Below the pieces are notes generated by a model. The model had not been told where the DNA came from. It did no database searches and was given only the letters and a program-made list of their open reading frames with translations. Both the position numbers and the translations under genes were made by a program. Positions 53,073 through 62,953 of a stretch of 64,000 bases of DNA are shown piece after piece; the first letter of the stretch is position 1; each line of letters begins with the position of its first letter. The stretch covers positions 352,001 through 416,000 of the forward strand of contig CAWBOS010000012.1 of NCBI GenBank assembly GCA_963790475.1. The letters run 5' to 3'. This DNA comes from an uncultured delta proteobacterium. Its GTDB lineage: Bacteria; Desulfobacterota; RBG-13-43-22.

Positions 53073-54149
53073 ATGAATTTCATTGATCCCGTTTATCAAG
53101 AATTGGCGACAAAAATCGGCAAACCAGATCTAAAGAATTTACCGTACCTTCTGGCCAAACTGGCCGATGAGGAGGAGGCCCGGATACTGAACGAGCTTTC
53201 GGCTTCAAGTGAGGTCATTGCCGGGAGGTTGAATATGGACCGGGAAGTAGTAGACCGGCGTCTGAAGTCCTTATTCGATAAGGGGCTTGTTTTCTCAGGC
53301 AAGACCGGCTGGCACCTGATTCGCTCCTGGGGCGCATTACACGACAGCGCCGGATCGGCCGATGTGGTTAAATACCCCGAGGTTTTAGATAAGGCCTTTT
53401 TTAAATTGTTGCAGGCCACCAGCGAAGAAGACCGGGGGCAGAGGGTTGAGGATGTAATCAGCGGCAAGGCCCCGTTGAAAAGGAGTATGCGAGTCATTCC
53501 CCGCTGGCGGTCGATCAAGGATATGCCCGGCCTGCTGCCTTATGAAGACATCCGGCAGATATTCAAAGCCGCGGAACCGATCGCTATTTTACCTTGCGCC
53601 TGTAAAAGGGCCGAACCGGACAGGGCCTGTCAAGACAACATTCCGGAAGTCACCTGTGTGACCTGCGGCCGGGCGGCCCAATACAACCTCAACCGCGGGG
53701 CCGGGAAAAAGCTCAGCTACGATGAGGTCCTGGAGGTTTTTGAAGGATTTGACCAGCTTCAGCTCGTTCATTTGGTCGGGAATAGCAACCGAATGCCCTC
53801 GTTGATCTGCAATTGCCACCATGATTGCTGCGGGCAGTTTTTGGTCAACGCCAAGGCCCAGGAACGTCTCAGTCAGGATGTCATAGTAAAGAGCCGGTTC
53901 ATCGCCACCATCGACCCGGAAAAGTGCAGTGGCTGCGGGCTGTGCCAGGAAAAGGGATGTCCGATCAAAGCAGACGAAATCCGTTTTTACCCGGAGCTTG
54001 GCCGGGAAAGGGCCTCTATCGATGCTGAAAAATGCATCGGCTGCGGACTGTGCGTGATTAACTGCCCTTCGGAGGCACGAACAATGAAGATGGTCCGGCC
54101 GCCGGATTATATTCCAGCACCCGATGGGATGAGCGGGGAAGCGGACTAA
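53073..54149 (+). CDS. Multi-[4Fe-4S] protein, paralog of the upstream gene
   Basis: PCACKR, ICNCHHDCC, CSGCGLC, CIGCGLCVINCP. Confidence 0.85.
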   Translation: MNFIDPVYQELATKIGKPDLKNLPYLLAKLADEEEARILNELSASSEVIAGRLNMDREVVDRRLKSLFDKGLVFSGKTGWHLIRSWGALHDSAGSADVVKYPEVLDKAFFKLLQATSEEDRGQRVEDVISGKAPLKRSMRVIPRWRSIKDMPGLLPYEDIRQIFKAAEPIAILPCACKRAEPDRACQDNIPEVTCVTCGRAAQYNLNRGAGKKLSYDEVLEVFEGFDQLQLVHLVGNSNRMPSLICNCHHDCCGQFLVNAKAQERLSQDVIVKSRFIATIDPEKCSGCGLCQEKGCPIKADEIRFYPELGRERASIDAEKCIGCGLCVINCPSEARTMKMVRPPDYIPAPDGMSGEAD

Positions 54150-54227
54150 GACGCAAAGGAGAAAAAGCCTATCCGGAACCAAAATTTTTCTTTGAAAAAA
54201 TGACGTAAATTCGGAAAGGAAAATGAG

Positions 54228-54467
54228 ATGTCTGACAAGCTCGAAATTAGAGACGGGCAGATTTTTGGGGCCTGGCGCCGAACGGTCAATTCGGCCATAA
54301 TGAGAAAAGGTTCGATCCATGATGCTTCGCATATTGAGAACGATAAAATAAAAACGATAGAAGGGCGGAAGATCATATTCCTGCCTAAGGGAACCCTTTC
54401 CAGTCAAACTGGAGAGAACCGATACGGATCGCGGAGCGCCATGGGTGTCCAATGTAATTTCTGCTGA
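54228..54467 (+). pseudogene. Probable truncated gene remnant
   Basis: Plausible N-terminus ending at GSIHD, then unrelated-looking sequence. Confidence 0.35.
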
Positions 54468-54851
54468 AGCGTCGGTAAAAATCGATCTTTTCCCTTGGGC
54501 GATATCAATAAAATGAACAGGTAAAAAGTGGTCCTTCCCCCACCAGAGGTAATTCAGGCTTTCGATCCCACTTAAAACCATAGGATCGGCTTTTTTGCGG
54601 GAATTAGATCAATGGGGTTTCGACGATTTTTTGCGAACTCAGCAAATAGTGTCGGGTGTTTTTCGGGGTCTCCAATTAATTTTCCTGAGCGTTTTTTTTC
54701 GCTTGACAACACTGGGGGACCGTACTATTAAACTCTGTTAAACCCTACCTGCCGGTCGACTTTGAACAAAAAATGATAAAGAAATAGTGAGGTAAGTTCG
54801 GCAAAAGAACGTTTTGTCTTTAACATCAAAATTTTAAAGAGGAGGTTTAAC

Positions 54852-56273
54852 ATGAAAACGGGTAAAGGAATTTTAATGCTTTTCTGTGTTCTTTCTTTTT
54901 TCTTCCTTTTAACAGCCCTGAGTTCGACCCAGGCCACGGCGGCGGTGAAAGCCAGATTTGATGTCAACAAAATGGCTGACATGTCCGACTTCGATCCCAA
55001 CAACTTTCCGAACCCCACTGGCGATACCATCAAGATCGCTATTGTGGCTACCTTTTCCGGTCCGGCAGCGGCGGTGGGGGAAGGTTTCTGGCTCGATGCG
55101 ACCTGGGCCGCCTATGACATCAACAAGAGGGGCGGCCTCATGGTAGACGGCAAAAAGAAGCTGGTTCAGCTTTTCAAGGCCGATACCATGTCGAGACCTG
55201 ACCAGGCCAAGAGAATCTGTGAGCAGATGGTCCTGCAGGATGGGGTCAAGTTCCTTTGGGGCGCCGACGGCAGCCACATCGTGAAAGTCATGAACCAGGT
55301 GGCCAATAAATATAAGGTCATTTCCGTGAACATGATTTCCTTATCCGATGAACTTCAGGATTCCCAGAATTTTTCCCGCTACGCCTTTATGACCTGGTGG
55401 CAGACTTCACAGGTCGGCCGTGCTTTCGCCCATTTTTACGCTCAAAGGAAAAAAGAGAAAAAATTTTACATTATGTGTCAGGACTACATGTTCGGCCATG
55501 ATATGGGAGAAAACTTCAAAAAAGCCTTAAAAGAATACTATCCCGAGGCCCAGGTAGTTGGCGAGGATTATCATAAACTCTTCCTGACCGATTATGCCCC
55601 TTATATTTCCAAGATCAAGGCCTCCGGCGCCGAGGTCGTATTCACCGGGGATTGGGATCCGGATGCCACCAACCTGCTCAAACAATCCCGAAACATGGGG
55701 CTCAACATTCCTTTTGCCCATATTTATATGGGTAACCCGGCCACCCTGGCTTCCCTGGGGGTTAAAGCGACCACAGGCCTGGTGATTGCAGGCCCTTATG
55801 GGAGAAAGAATCCTGCTTTCCCCGCCAATGATCCGAATAACTATGTTAAATACTGGAAAATGATGGAGGATGCCCATAAAAGATTCAAAGCGCCTTATAA
55901 TGGAGTGCAGTACTCGCTGGGGTGGGATCCCTTGGCGATGGAGTTTGATTGGCTTCTCAGCGTCATCGAAAGGGCCGGGAGTACGGACCCCGAAAAGATC
56001 ATCAAGACCTGGGAGGGAGATAGTTATGAATATGTAAACGGCCATATCAAAACCATGCGGGCCTGCGATCACAATACGATCGAGGATTTTTATGTCACTG
56101 AATATGTCCCACCCGATCAGCAAAAAGTCTCTTACAATATTCCGCCCTACCATTGGACCGATAAAAGTGCCTATTTTGGACCCACTGTCGTGATACCGGC
56201 GGAAAAAGACCTTCCCTGGATGGACCCGAAGCTGGACCGCTGCCGGGGGAAGAATCCCGCTTCGGCGAATTAA
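54852..56273 (+). CDS. Liv-type ABC substrate-binding protein
   Basis: Signal peptide, FSGPAA.VG, QDYMFG, TDYAPYISKIKASGAE. Confidence 0.9.
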   Translation: MKTGKGILMLFCVLSFFFLLTALSSTQATAAVKARFDVNKMADMSDFDPNNFPNPTGDTIKIAIVATFSGPAAAVGEGFWLDATWAAYDINKRGGLMVDGKKKLVQLFKADTMSRPDQAKRICEQMVLQDGVKFLWGADGSHIVKVMNQVANKYKVISVNMISLSDELQDSQNFSRYAFMTWWQTSQVGRAFAHFYAQRKKEKKFYIMCQDYMFGHDMGENFKKALKEYYPEAQVVGEDYHKLFLTDYAPYISKIKASGAEVVFTGDWDPDATNLLKQSRNMGLNIPFAHIYMGNPATLASLGVKATTGLVIAGPYGRKNPAFPANDPNNYVKYWKMMEDAHKRFKAPYNGVQYSLGWDPLAMEFDWLLSVIERAGSTDPEKIIKTWEGDSYEYVNGHIKTMRACDHNTIEDFYVTEYVPPDQQKVSYNIPPYHWTDKSAYFGPTVVIPAEKDLPWMDPKLDRCRGKNPASAN

Positions 56274-56355
56274 ACAAAAATCCGGAGCGTGAGGTGTTTG
56301 GTGCCTCGATTGAATAACTAAAAAAATAAATTTGAAAAACAAAGCAAAACCGTCA

Positions 56356-56394
56356 CCCCAGCGAACCCAGGACCTAATCGGCGGTTCGCTGGGG
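56356..56394. other. Intergenic stem-loop after the substrate-binding protein gene
   Basis: CCCCAGCGAACC...GGTTCGCTGGGG 12-bp stem. Confidence 0.55.
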
Positions 56395-56540
56395 AACAAG
56401 ATTAATAAAATATCCCCCAAAAGTGGATTTCGGTTTAGCCGGAAAGGCATGAAAAGATTTTGATCACTTTTCAGCCGGAGTCGCTTAATTTTGCACAGGT
56501 GCGTAGCCATTCGGCCATTTTTTTTGAAAGGTCCTAACCA

Positions 56541-57419
56541 ATGAGTCCAACAACTGCCATGTATGTTTCCCAGGGGATACATGGGATCGCTTACGGCATG
56601 GTGCTGTTTCTGGTGTCATCCGGCGTTACCCTGATCATCGGCATGATGAACATATTAAATTTGGCCCATGCAGCCTTCTTCATGCTTGCGGCCTATTTTT
56701 GCTATGAGGTCATAGCACTAACCGGAAATTTCTGGTTGGGTTTGCTCCTGGCCCCGATCTTCACCGCTATCTGCGGAATGCTCATGGAAAGATTTTTGCT
56801 CCGACCATTAAGAGGTTATGGGACCATAGGGGAATTGATCCTAACCGTAGGGGTCAGCTTTATCATCATAGCCATGGTCAAGGTCATCTGGGGCACTTCC
56901 AGCCTTCAGGTTAAGGTTCCTCCTTTGCTGGCTGGATTAATCACTATTTCCGGTCTGGAATATCCGATCTATCGACTTTTTGTGATTGGAATGGCCCTGC
57001 TGGTTTTGGGGTTTATGGCCCTGTTTCTGTATAAGACCCGGGTGGGCACTATCGTTCGGGCGGCGGTTTCCGACGGGGATATGGTCAATGCCCTGGGGAT
57101 TAATATCCCTTTGCTCTTTACCTTCGTTTTCGGCGTGGGTATCTGGCTGGCCGGGGTGGCCGGGGTGGCCATAGCCCCCATATTGACCGTTTTTCCCGGC
57201 CTGGCCGACCAAATGGGTATGGATGCCTTTATTGTGGTGGTAGTGGGAGGATTCGGAAGCCTTACCGGGGCATTTATGGTGTCCATTATTTTCGGCTTGC
57301 TAAGTTCCTACGGTGTTCAGTTCCTTTCCGGGATGGCGCCTCTGTTGATGTTTATCTTTATGGCCATTGTCATGATTTTTTGGCCCCATGGTTTTTTCGG
57401 AGAAGGTGAAGAAGAATGA
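56541..57419 (+). CDS. Liv-type ABC permease (LivH-like)
   Basis: LNLAHAAF, VVVGGFGS, PHGFFG. Confidence 0.9.
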   Translation: MSPTTAMYVSQGIHGIAYGMVLFLVSSGVTLIIGMMNILNLAHAAFFMLAAYFCYEVIALTGNFWLGLLLAPIFTAICGMLMERFLLRPLRGYGTIGELILTVGVSFIIIAMVKVIWGTSSLQVKVPPLLAGLITISGLEYPIYRLFVIGMALLVLGFMALFLYKTRVGTIVRAAVSDGDMVNALGINIPLLFTFVFGVGIWLAGVAGVAIAPILTVFPGLADQMGMDAFIVVVVGGFGSLTGAFMVSIIFGLLSSYGVQFLSGMAPLLMFIFMAIVMIFWPHGFFGEGEEE

Positions 57420-58387
57420 AAAAAACCTTAATATGGATTTTGTGGATCGCCCTGGGTGTGGCCTTGTTATTCATTCCCAAAATTTTTGGGATCTACTATA
57501 CCAATTTCTTTGTGAGCTTTGCCATTATGGCCGTTTTTTCCCAGTCTCTCAATATAGAGCTGGGTTACGCCCGGCTTCTTAATTTCGCGCCTGCCATGTT
57601 TTTTGGGACGGGGGGCTATGGGACGGCCCTGGCCCTGCAGCATATCCCCGGGTATGCCTCTTTTAGGGGCCGTTTTATGCGGTATGTTTCTGGCCGCCTT
57701 ATTGGCCCTGATTTTATACACCCCTGATCGTCCGGGTCAGCGGTACCGCCTTCGCTATGCTCCACGTCGCCTTTTCCATGCTCCTGTATATGATGGCCCT
57801 GAAATTGAGGGGCATCACCGGCGGGGAAGACGGGATCGGAGGGTTTCCGACGCCGCCGTTCAACATCCCCGGAATTATATCCATAGACATGACGAATCCC
57901 CTTAATTTTTATTACTTTGCCGTAGCCGTCCTGGGGATCTGCTCTGTGGCTCATGTGGTTTATCACCAAGACTCCCTTTGGGCAGGTTATGGTCGGCATA
58001 CGGGATAATCCCAAGCGCATCGGTTATCTTGGCTTCAGGGTGCCGGAAAGCAAGGGCGTGGTCTATATTATAGGAGGGGCCTTTGCCGGGGTGGCCGGTG
58101 CCGTCTATGCCCTGTTTCAGAACCTGATTTCCGTGGACGCCATCAGTATGGTGAACTCCTTTATGCCGATTTTGATGGCCCTGGTCGGCGGGATAGGGAC
58201 TTTTTTCGGTCCGATCCTGGGTGCAGCGTTTTTTCAAGTGGTTGAGGAAGTAGCCCGTCACTATACGGATCGGATTGAGATGGTGATGGGCCTGATGCTC
58301 GTCATTATTGTTCTGTTCGCCCCCATGGGGTTTATGGGGGTATACCGGGATTTAAAGGCAAAATGGGCAGCCGCCCCCAAGAGTTAA
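57416..58387 (+). CDS. Liv-type ABC permease (LivM-like), about three frameshifts
   Basis: Consecutive fragments GYARLLNF, ITGGEDGI, GIRDNPKR, GGIGTFFGP in different frames. Confidence 0.75.
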
Positions 58388-58402
58388 TTCGGAGAAGGTC
58401 GG

Positions 58403-59176
58403 ATGAATATACTGGAAACAAAAGGTCTTTTTCATGATTACAGCGGTTTGAAGGTGTTGTTTGATGTCAACCTGCAGGTTAAAGAAGGGGAACGGCATGC
58501 CATCATAGGTCCCAATGGAGCCGGGAAAACGACCCTCTTTAACACCATAACCGGGACTTGCTGCCCCACTACGGGAAAAGTGTTCTTTAAGGGCAAAGAG
58601 ATAACCGGGTTCCCTCCTTATAAATTGACCCGTTTGGGTATGGGGCGTTCTTTTCAGCTTACCAGTACTTTTGATCGGTTAGTGACCTTTCAAAATGTAC
58701 GACTGGCCATCCTTTCCCAGAAAGGCGTCCGCTTTAATTTGTTCCGCAAGGTGGATAAAATGATGGATGTAAACCAGGAGACTATGGAAATCTTAAAACG
58801 GATTAATCTGGAAAAGGAAATGATGATGCCGGCCTCCTTATTGTCCTATGGAAAACATCGGTCGCTGGAGATCAGCATGGCCCTGGCCACCAATCCGGAT
58901 CTGATCCTTCTGGACGAACCCACTGCCGGCATGTCCCGGGATGAAACGCATACCGCCGTTGAAATGATCAAGCGGCTGACCGAGGGTAAAACTGTGGTCA
59001 TTATCGAACACGATATGGATGTCGTCTTCTCCCTGGCGGACCGCATTACGGTCCTTCATTATGGACAGATTCTGACCACCGGAACCCCGAACGAGATTCG
59101 GCACAATCAAGCGGTCAAGGATGCCTATCTGGGAGATTCGGAAAACGGCGGCATAACAACTAGGCATAGTGCATAA
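58403..59176 (+). CDS. Liv-type ABC ATP-binding protein (LivG-like)
   Basis: GPNGAGKTT, DEPTAGMS, EHDM. Confidence 0.92.
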   Translation: MNILETKGLFHDYSGLKVLFDVNLQVKEGERHAIIGPNGAGKTTLFNTITGTCCPTTGKVFFKGKEITGFPPYKLTRLGMGRSFQLTSTFDRLVTFQNVRLAILSQKGVRFNLFRKVDKMMDVNQETMEILKRINLEKEMMMPASLLSYGKHRSLEISMALATNPDLILLDEPTAGMSRDETHTAVEMIKRLTEGKTVVIIEHDMDVVFSLADRITVLHYGQILTTGTPNEIRHNQAVKDAYLGDSENGGITTRHSA

Positions 59177-59248
59177 TAATTAAGAGGCTACAATAGCCGA
59201 TCTGATATGCGAAAATCATAGTTTGTGCGCTCTGCGCAAGGAGCAAAA

Positions 59249-59962
59249 ATGCTACTGGAAGTCGATGATCTGAATACCTACTATGGAACGAGCCATGTCT
59301 TACAAGGCATCTCTTTAAACGTTGATGAAGGTGAAATTGTCGCCCTTCTGGGTCGAAACGGCATGGGGAAAAGTACCACTCTGAAAAGTATCATGGGCCT
59401 GGTCAAACCGAAATCTGGAAAGGTCGTTTTTCAAGGAAATGAAGTTACCGGTTTTCCACCTTTCAAAGTGGCCAAGGCCGGTATCGGCTACGTCCCGGAA
59501 GAGAGGAGGATATTCCCGAAGCTTACTGTTTTGGAAAACCTGAATTTGGGAATAAAAGGAGGGAAAATTTCCTCGGGAAAGAATCCTTGGACCGTAGAGA
59601 GGATCTTCGAACATTTTCCCAAGTTGAAGGAAAGGACCGAGCAGAAAGGAAGGTTTTTATCCGGCGGTGAACAGCAGATGTTAACCATTGGTCGTGCCCT
59701 GATGGGGAATCCCGCTCTTCTGCTGGTGGATGAACCTACGGAAGGGCTGGCCCCGCTTATGGTAAAGGAGGTCAGGGATATCCTGGGAGAAATCAATAAA
59801 AAAGCCGGCGTTTCCATTCTTCTGGTGGAGCACAATATTAGCGTGGCCATGTCTCTGGCTAACCGGATTTACCTGATGGGCAAGGCCCATGTTGGATTTT
59901 CCGGTACCAAGGAGGAGTTAGAAGCCAATAAAGAGGCCCGGGAGAAATATCTGGAAGTTTAA
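59249..59962 (+). CDS. Liv-type ABC ATP-binding protein (LivF-like)
   Basis: GRNGMGKST, LSGGEQQM, DEPTEGLAP. Confidence 0.92.
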   Translation: MLLEVDDLNTYYGTSHVLQGISLNVDEGEIVALLGRNGMGKSTTLKSIMGLVKPKSGKVVFQGNEVTGFPPFKVAKAGIGYVPEERRIFPKLTVLENLNLGIKGGKISSGKNPWTVERIFEHFPKLKERTEQKGRFLSGGEQQMLTIGRALMGNPALLLVDEPTEGLAPLMVKEVRDILGEINKKAGVSILLVEHNISVAMSLANRIYLMGKAHVGFSGTKEELEANKEAREKYLEV

Positions 59963-60235
59963 ATCAAATAATATGTGGAAAACTATCTAAGAAAATATTA
60001 CTTGCCATTTGAAAACCCGATTTTCTGATTCAAAAATCTTCTATCTCATTTTCCCTGTCCAATGAATTTAGCAGCGCCAAGGCCGTGATATGTCCTCTTT
60101 TGTTTCCTGGGAGGACTTTTACTCCTTGACACCGAATGGATTTATTCGATAAAGTTTTAATCAAAGCGTGTTGAATTTGGGTGGTTAAGTTTGATCTTTT
60201 AAGAATAGAGTGCGGTCTTATTTTTTTGAAATGAA

Positions 60236-60340
60236 ACTGGATACTGGATACTGGATGCTGGATTGACTTTATCCAGAATCGAGTATCGCTTTTTGTTTTT
60301 TTCAAGTATCGGTAGTTTGATCCTGCATCGAGTATCGTCC
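60236..60340. repeat. Heptamer tandem/inverted repeat (CTGGATA)
   Basis: actggatactggatactggatgctggat ... atccagaatcgagtatcg ... atcctgcatcgagtatcg. Confidence 0.6.
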
Positions 60341-60435
60341 GGCCAGAAGTCGTCGATCTCGCGTTTCAGAAAACGTGAGAGATAAATTCTCAGATAACAA
60401 ATTGTAAGAATCAAATATTCAACAAGGAGAAACGG

Positions 60436-60852
60436 ATGGAACGTACATTGTCAATTATTAAACCCGACGGTGTGGCCAAGGGGCTGATCGGAGAGGTCCT
60501 TAGACGATTTGAATCCAACGGGCTTAAGGTGGCGGCCATGAAGATGATTGCTATGAGTAAGAAACAGGCCGAGGGCTTTTATGACGTCCATCGGGAAAAA
60601 CCATTTTTTGAAAGTCTGACCGATTTTATGTCCTCCGGACCCTGTGTAGTGCTGATCCTCGAAGGAGAAGGGGCTATCGACAAAAATCGAAAACTGATGG
60701 GGGCTACCGATTATACTAAGGCCGACCCCGGGACCATCCGGGCCGATTTCGCCAGCAGTATCGAGAAAAATATCGTCCATGGTTCCGACGGCCCGGACAC
60801 GGCCCGTTATGAAATCGGGTATTTCTTCAATGCCCTGGAGATTGTTGGGTAG
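60436..60852 (+). CDS. ndk: Nucleoside-diphosphate kinase
   Basis: [25 protein letters not shown]. Confidence 0.97.
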   Translation: MERTLSIIKPDGVAKGLIGEVLRRFESNGLKVAAMKMIAMSKKQAEGFYDVHREKPFFESLTDFMSSGPCVVLILEGEGAIDKNRKLMGATDYTKADPGTIRADFASSIEKNIVHGSDGPDTARYEIGYFFNALEIVG

Positions 60853-60862
60853 TTTCGTACCG

Positions 60863-61781
60863 ATGATGAAAAGAACAAACCAAAAGGTTTTTTTTGTTTG
60901 TGGTTTTTTGGCGTTTTTATCTTTACTCTGCACGGATCAAACCTGGGCCTCCTATTATTATACCTTCCCCTCCACCCTTACCATCTGCGATGAAGCGGTC
61001 CCCTTGTGGGAACGAAAGGATCCGGGAGCGAATGGACCGGGAATTCACGCTCAATGTCTATGACCGCGGTCAGGTCTATCTATGGTTAAAAAGGAGCAAG
61101 CGTTTTTTCCCTTATGTCGAGGCCCGTTTGAAAGAGAAAGGAATGCCCGATGATCTGAAGTATCTGTTGGTAGCGGAAAGCGCCCTTCGCCCTCAGGCCC
61201 TTTCCACCAAGGGTGCGGCAGGATTTTGGCAATTCCTTGAAAGAACGGGGAAGAGATTCAATCTACAAAAAAAGCCCTGGATTGATGAACGACTTGATTT
61301 GGCCAAATCCACCGATGCGGCTATCAGTTACCTGAAAATATTATACGATCAATTCGGGAAATGGACTCTGGCTATGGCGGCCTATAATTGCGGGGAAGAC
61401 CGGGTTAGGGAGGAAATCCTCCAACAGGGCGAAAATGAATATTATCGTTTGGCCCTGCCCCAGGAGACCGAGCGTTATATTTTTCGTATTTTAGCTGCCA
61501 AAGTTATCTTGAGCGATCCCCTGAGATACGGCTTTGACCTTCCGGAAGAAGAAGGTTATCCCATCATTGAAACAGATTCTGTGATCCTGCAGCTTCCCTA
61601 TCCGGTCCTCCTGCGGGATATTGCCAAGGCCTGCGGGTCTTTTTTTAAGGAATTAAAAGAGCTGAACCCTGAAATTCAGGGATATACCCTGCCGCCTGGT
61701 GTTCATCAACTTAAGATACCGGCAGGGAGGAAACCCCTTCTGGAAAAGCAGTATAAGGATTTCATCAAGAGCACTCCCTAA
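60863..61781 (+). CDS. Lytic transglycosylase (SLT/MltD-like), frameshift near 61005
   Basis: AESAL, GAAGFWQF, AAYNCGE, ETERYI; signal peptide in another frame. Confidence 0.85.
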
Positions 61782-61836
61782 TCCCGGTGCCTTAATAAGA
61801 AAAATCCCCCCTTTTTACAAATCACGTTATTTTTGA

Positions 61837-61889
61837 TTGACACGCTATATATAGTGTAGTAATTAAATCCTATATACTATATAAAGCAA
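61837..61889 (+). promoter_or_regulatory. Promoter with tandem NrdR-box-like sites
   Basis: TTGACA 61837; ACGCTATATATAGTGT (61842-61857) and ATACTATATAAAGCAA (61874-61889), 32 bp apart. Confidence 0.65.
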
Positions 61890-61919
61890 AGGTGAACCCT
61901 TTTCCAGGAAGGAGAAGCG

Positions 61920-62105
61920 ATGGAGGAAAAATCAGAAAAACCCCCGTTTTGTTACAATTTAAAACTCCCGGATACCCAGTGTCATCAATGTATCTGGCTG
62001 GAATGGAATCAAAAGGGGTTGAACTGCCTCAACCGAAAACGCATGGTTTGCACCCTTTATATTGAAGAAGTCTTTGGGAATCTGGTGACGAAAACCATTA
62101 ATTAA
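61920..62105 (+). CDS. Small Cys-rich hypothetical protein
   Basis: AGGAG RBS; five Cys including CHQC in 61 aa. Confidence 0.6.
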   Translation: MEEKSEKPPFCYNLKLPDTQCHQCIWLEWNQKGLNCLNRKRMVCTLYIEEVFGNLVTKTIN

Positions 62106-62177
62106 TGCCAACCCCATTTCCAAACGATTTTGGATAAGGAAAGGTTCTTCTTGGTATAAAAAATCATTTCTACCCTC

Positions 62178-62879
62178 TTAAATCCGTTTAGTCAAATCCA
62201 GAAGCCAGCGGTGCAGGGGAAGCATATTTTTATAGTGTTCGAAGCACAAATCCACCAATCCTTCTGAAAATAATTCCTCGGAGACAGGCAATTCCACTCC
62301 GGCATAAAGGCCGGAGTAAAGGAGGAATTCGGCATTTTTATGAGCCGGATCATATCCGGGCGGGGTCTTTTTATAATGCGCCTCGCCCACATAATACTCT
62401 TTATTTTTTTTGATGGCCGTAACCGCTTTAGTCAGGGCTGGTCCATACTTGGGATGGACACCAGATTGACGATAGGCCTCCAGCATATCCTTGGGGAAGC
62501 AATATAATCCGACGCCCAGCATAAATTTCAGCGGTTCCAGATGAAAATAGAAACCGGAACATTCCATCCTGGGCCGGGAACCTTCCCAGAACCAGAGGCC
62601 CAGATGAGTCTTATAGGGAGTTTTGTCCGAGCTGAAACGGATATCCCGGTTGAGACGAAAAAGGGATTTATTGACCCGTGGATCGGCCTGGACCCCCGGG
62701 GCGATCGTTTTCAGCCGGTCGCCCATGGCCAGTATGAAATCCCGGGATGGGGCCAGGACCTGTTGTTCATACATCGCCTTGTTTTGATCAAACCACATCT
62801 TGGTATTGTTTTGGGCCAGTTTGCGGAAAAAGGCGACGGTCTGCTTGGAAAAACCGTTAAAAGCGACGGATGAGGTCAT
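62178..62879 (-). CDS. DUF2461-family protein
   Basis: NNTKMWF..NK, FRLNRDIRFSSDKTPYKTH. Confidence 0.9.
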   Translation of the reverse strand: MTSSVAFNGFSKQTVAFFRKLAQNNTKMWFDQNKAMYEQQVLAPSRDFILAMGDRLKTIAPGVQADPRVNKSLFRLNRDIRFSSDKTPYKTHLGLWFWEGSRPRMECSGFYFHLEPLKFMLGVGLYCFPKDMLEAYRQSGVHPKYGPALTKAVTAIKKNKEYYVGEAHYKKTPPGYDPAHKNAEFLLYSGLYAGVELPVSEELFSEGLVDLCFEHYKNMLPLHRWLLDLTKRI

Positions 62880-62953
62880 AGGTTTGTTCCTTAGGAGTTA
62901 GTATAAAAGAGTATCACACCTTCGCTGCGATAACACATCAGCGTAGGGTCTGA

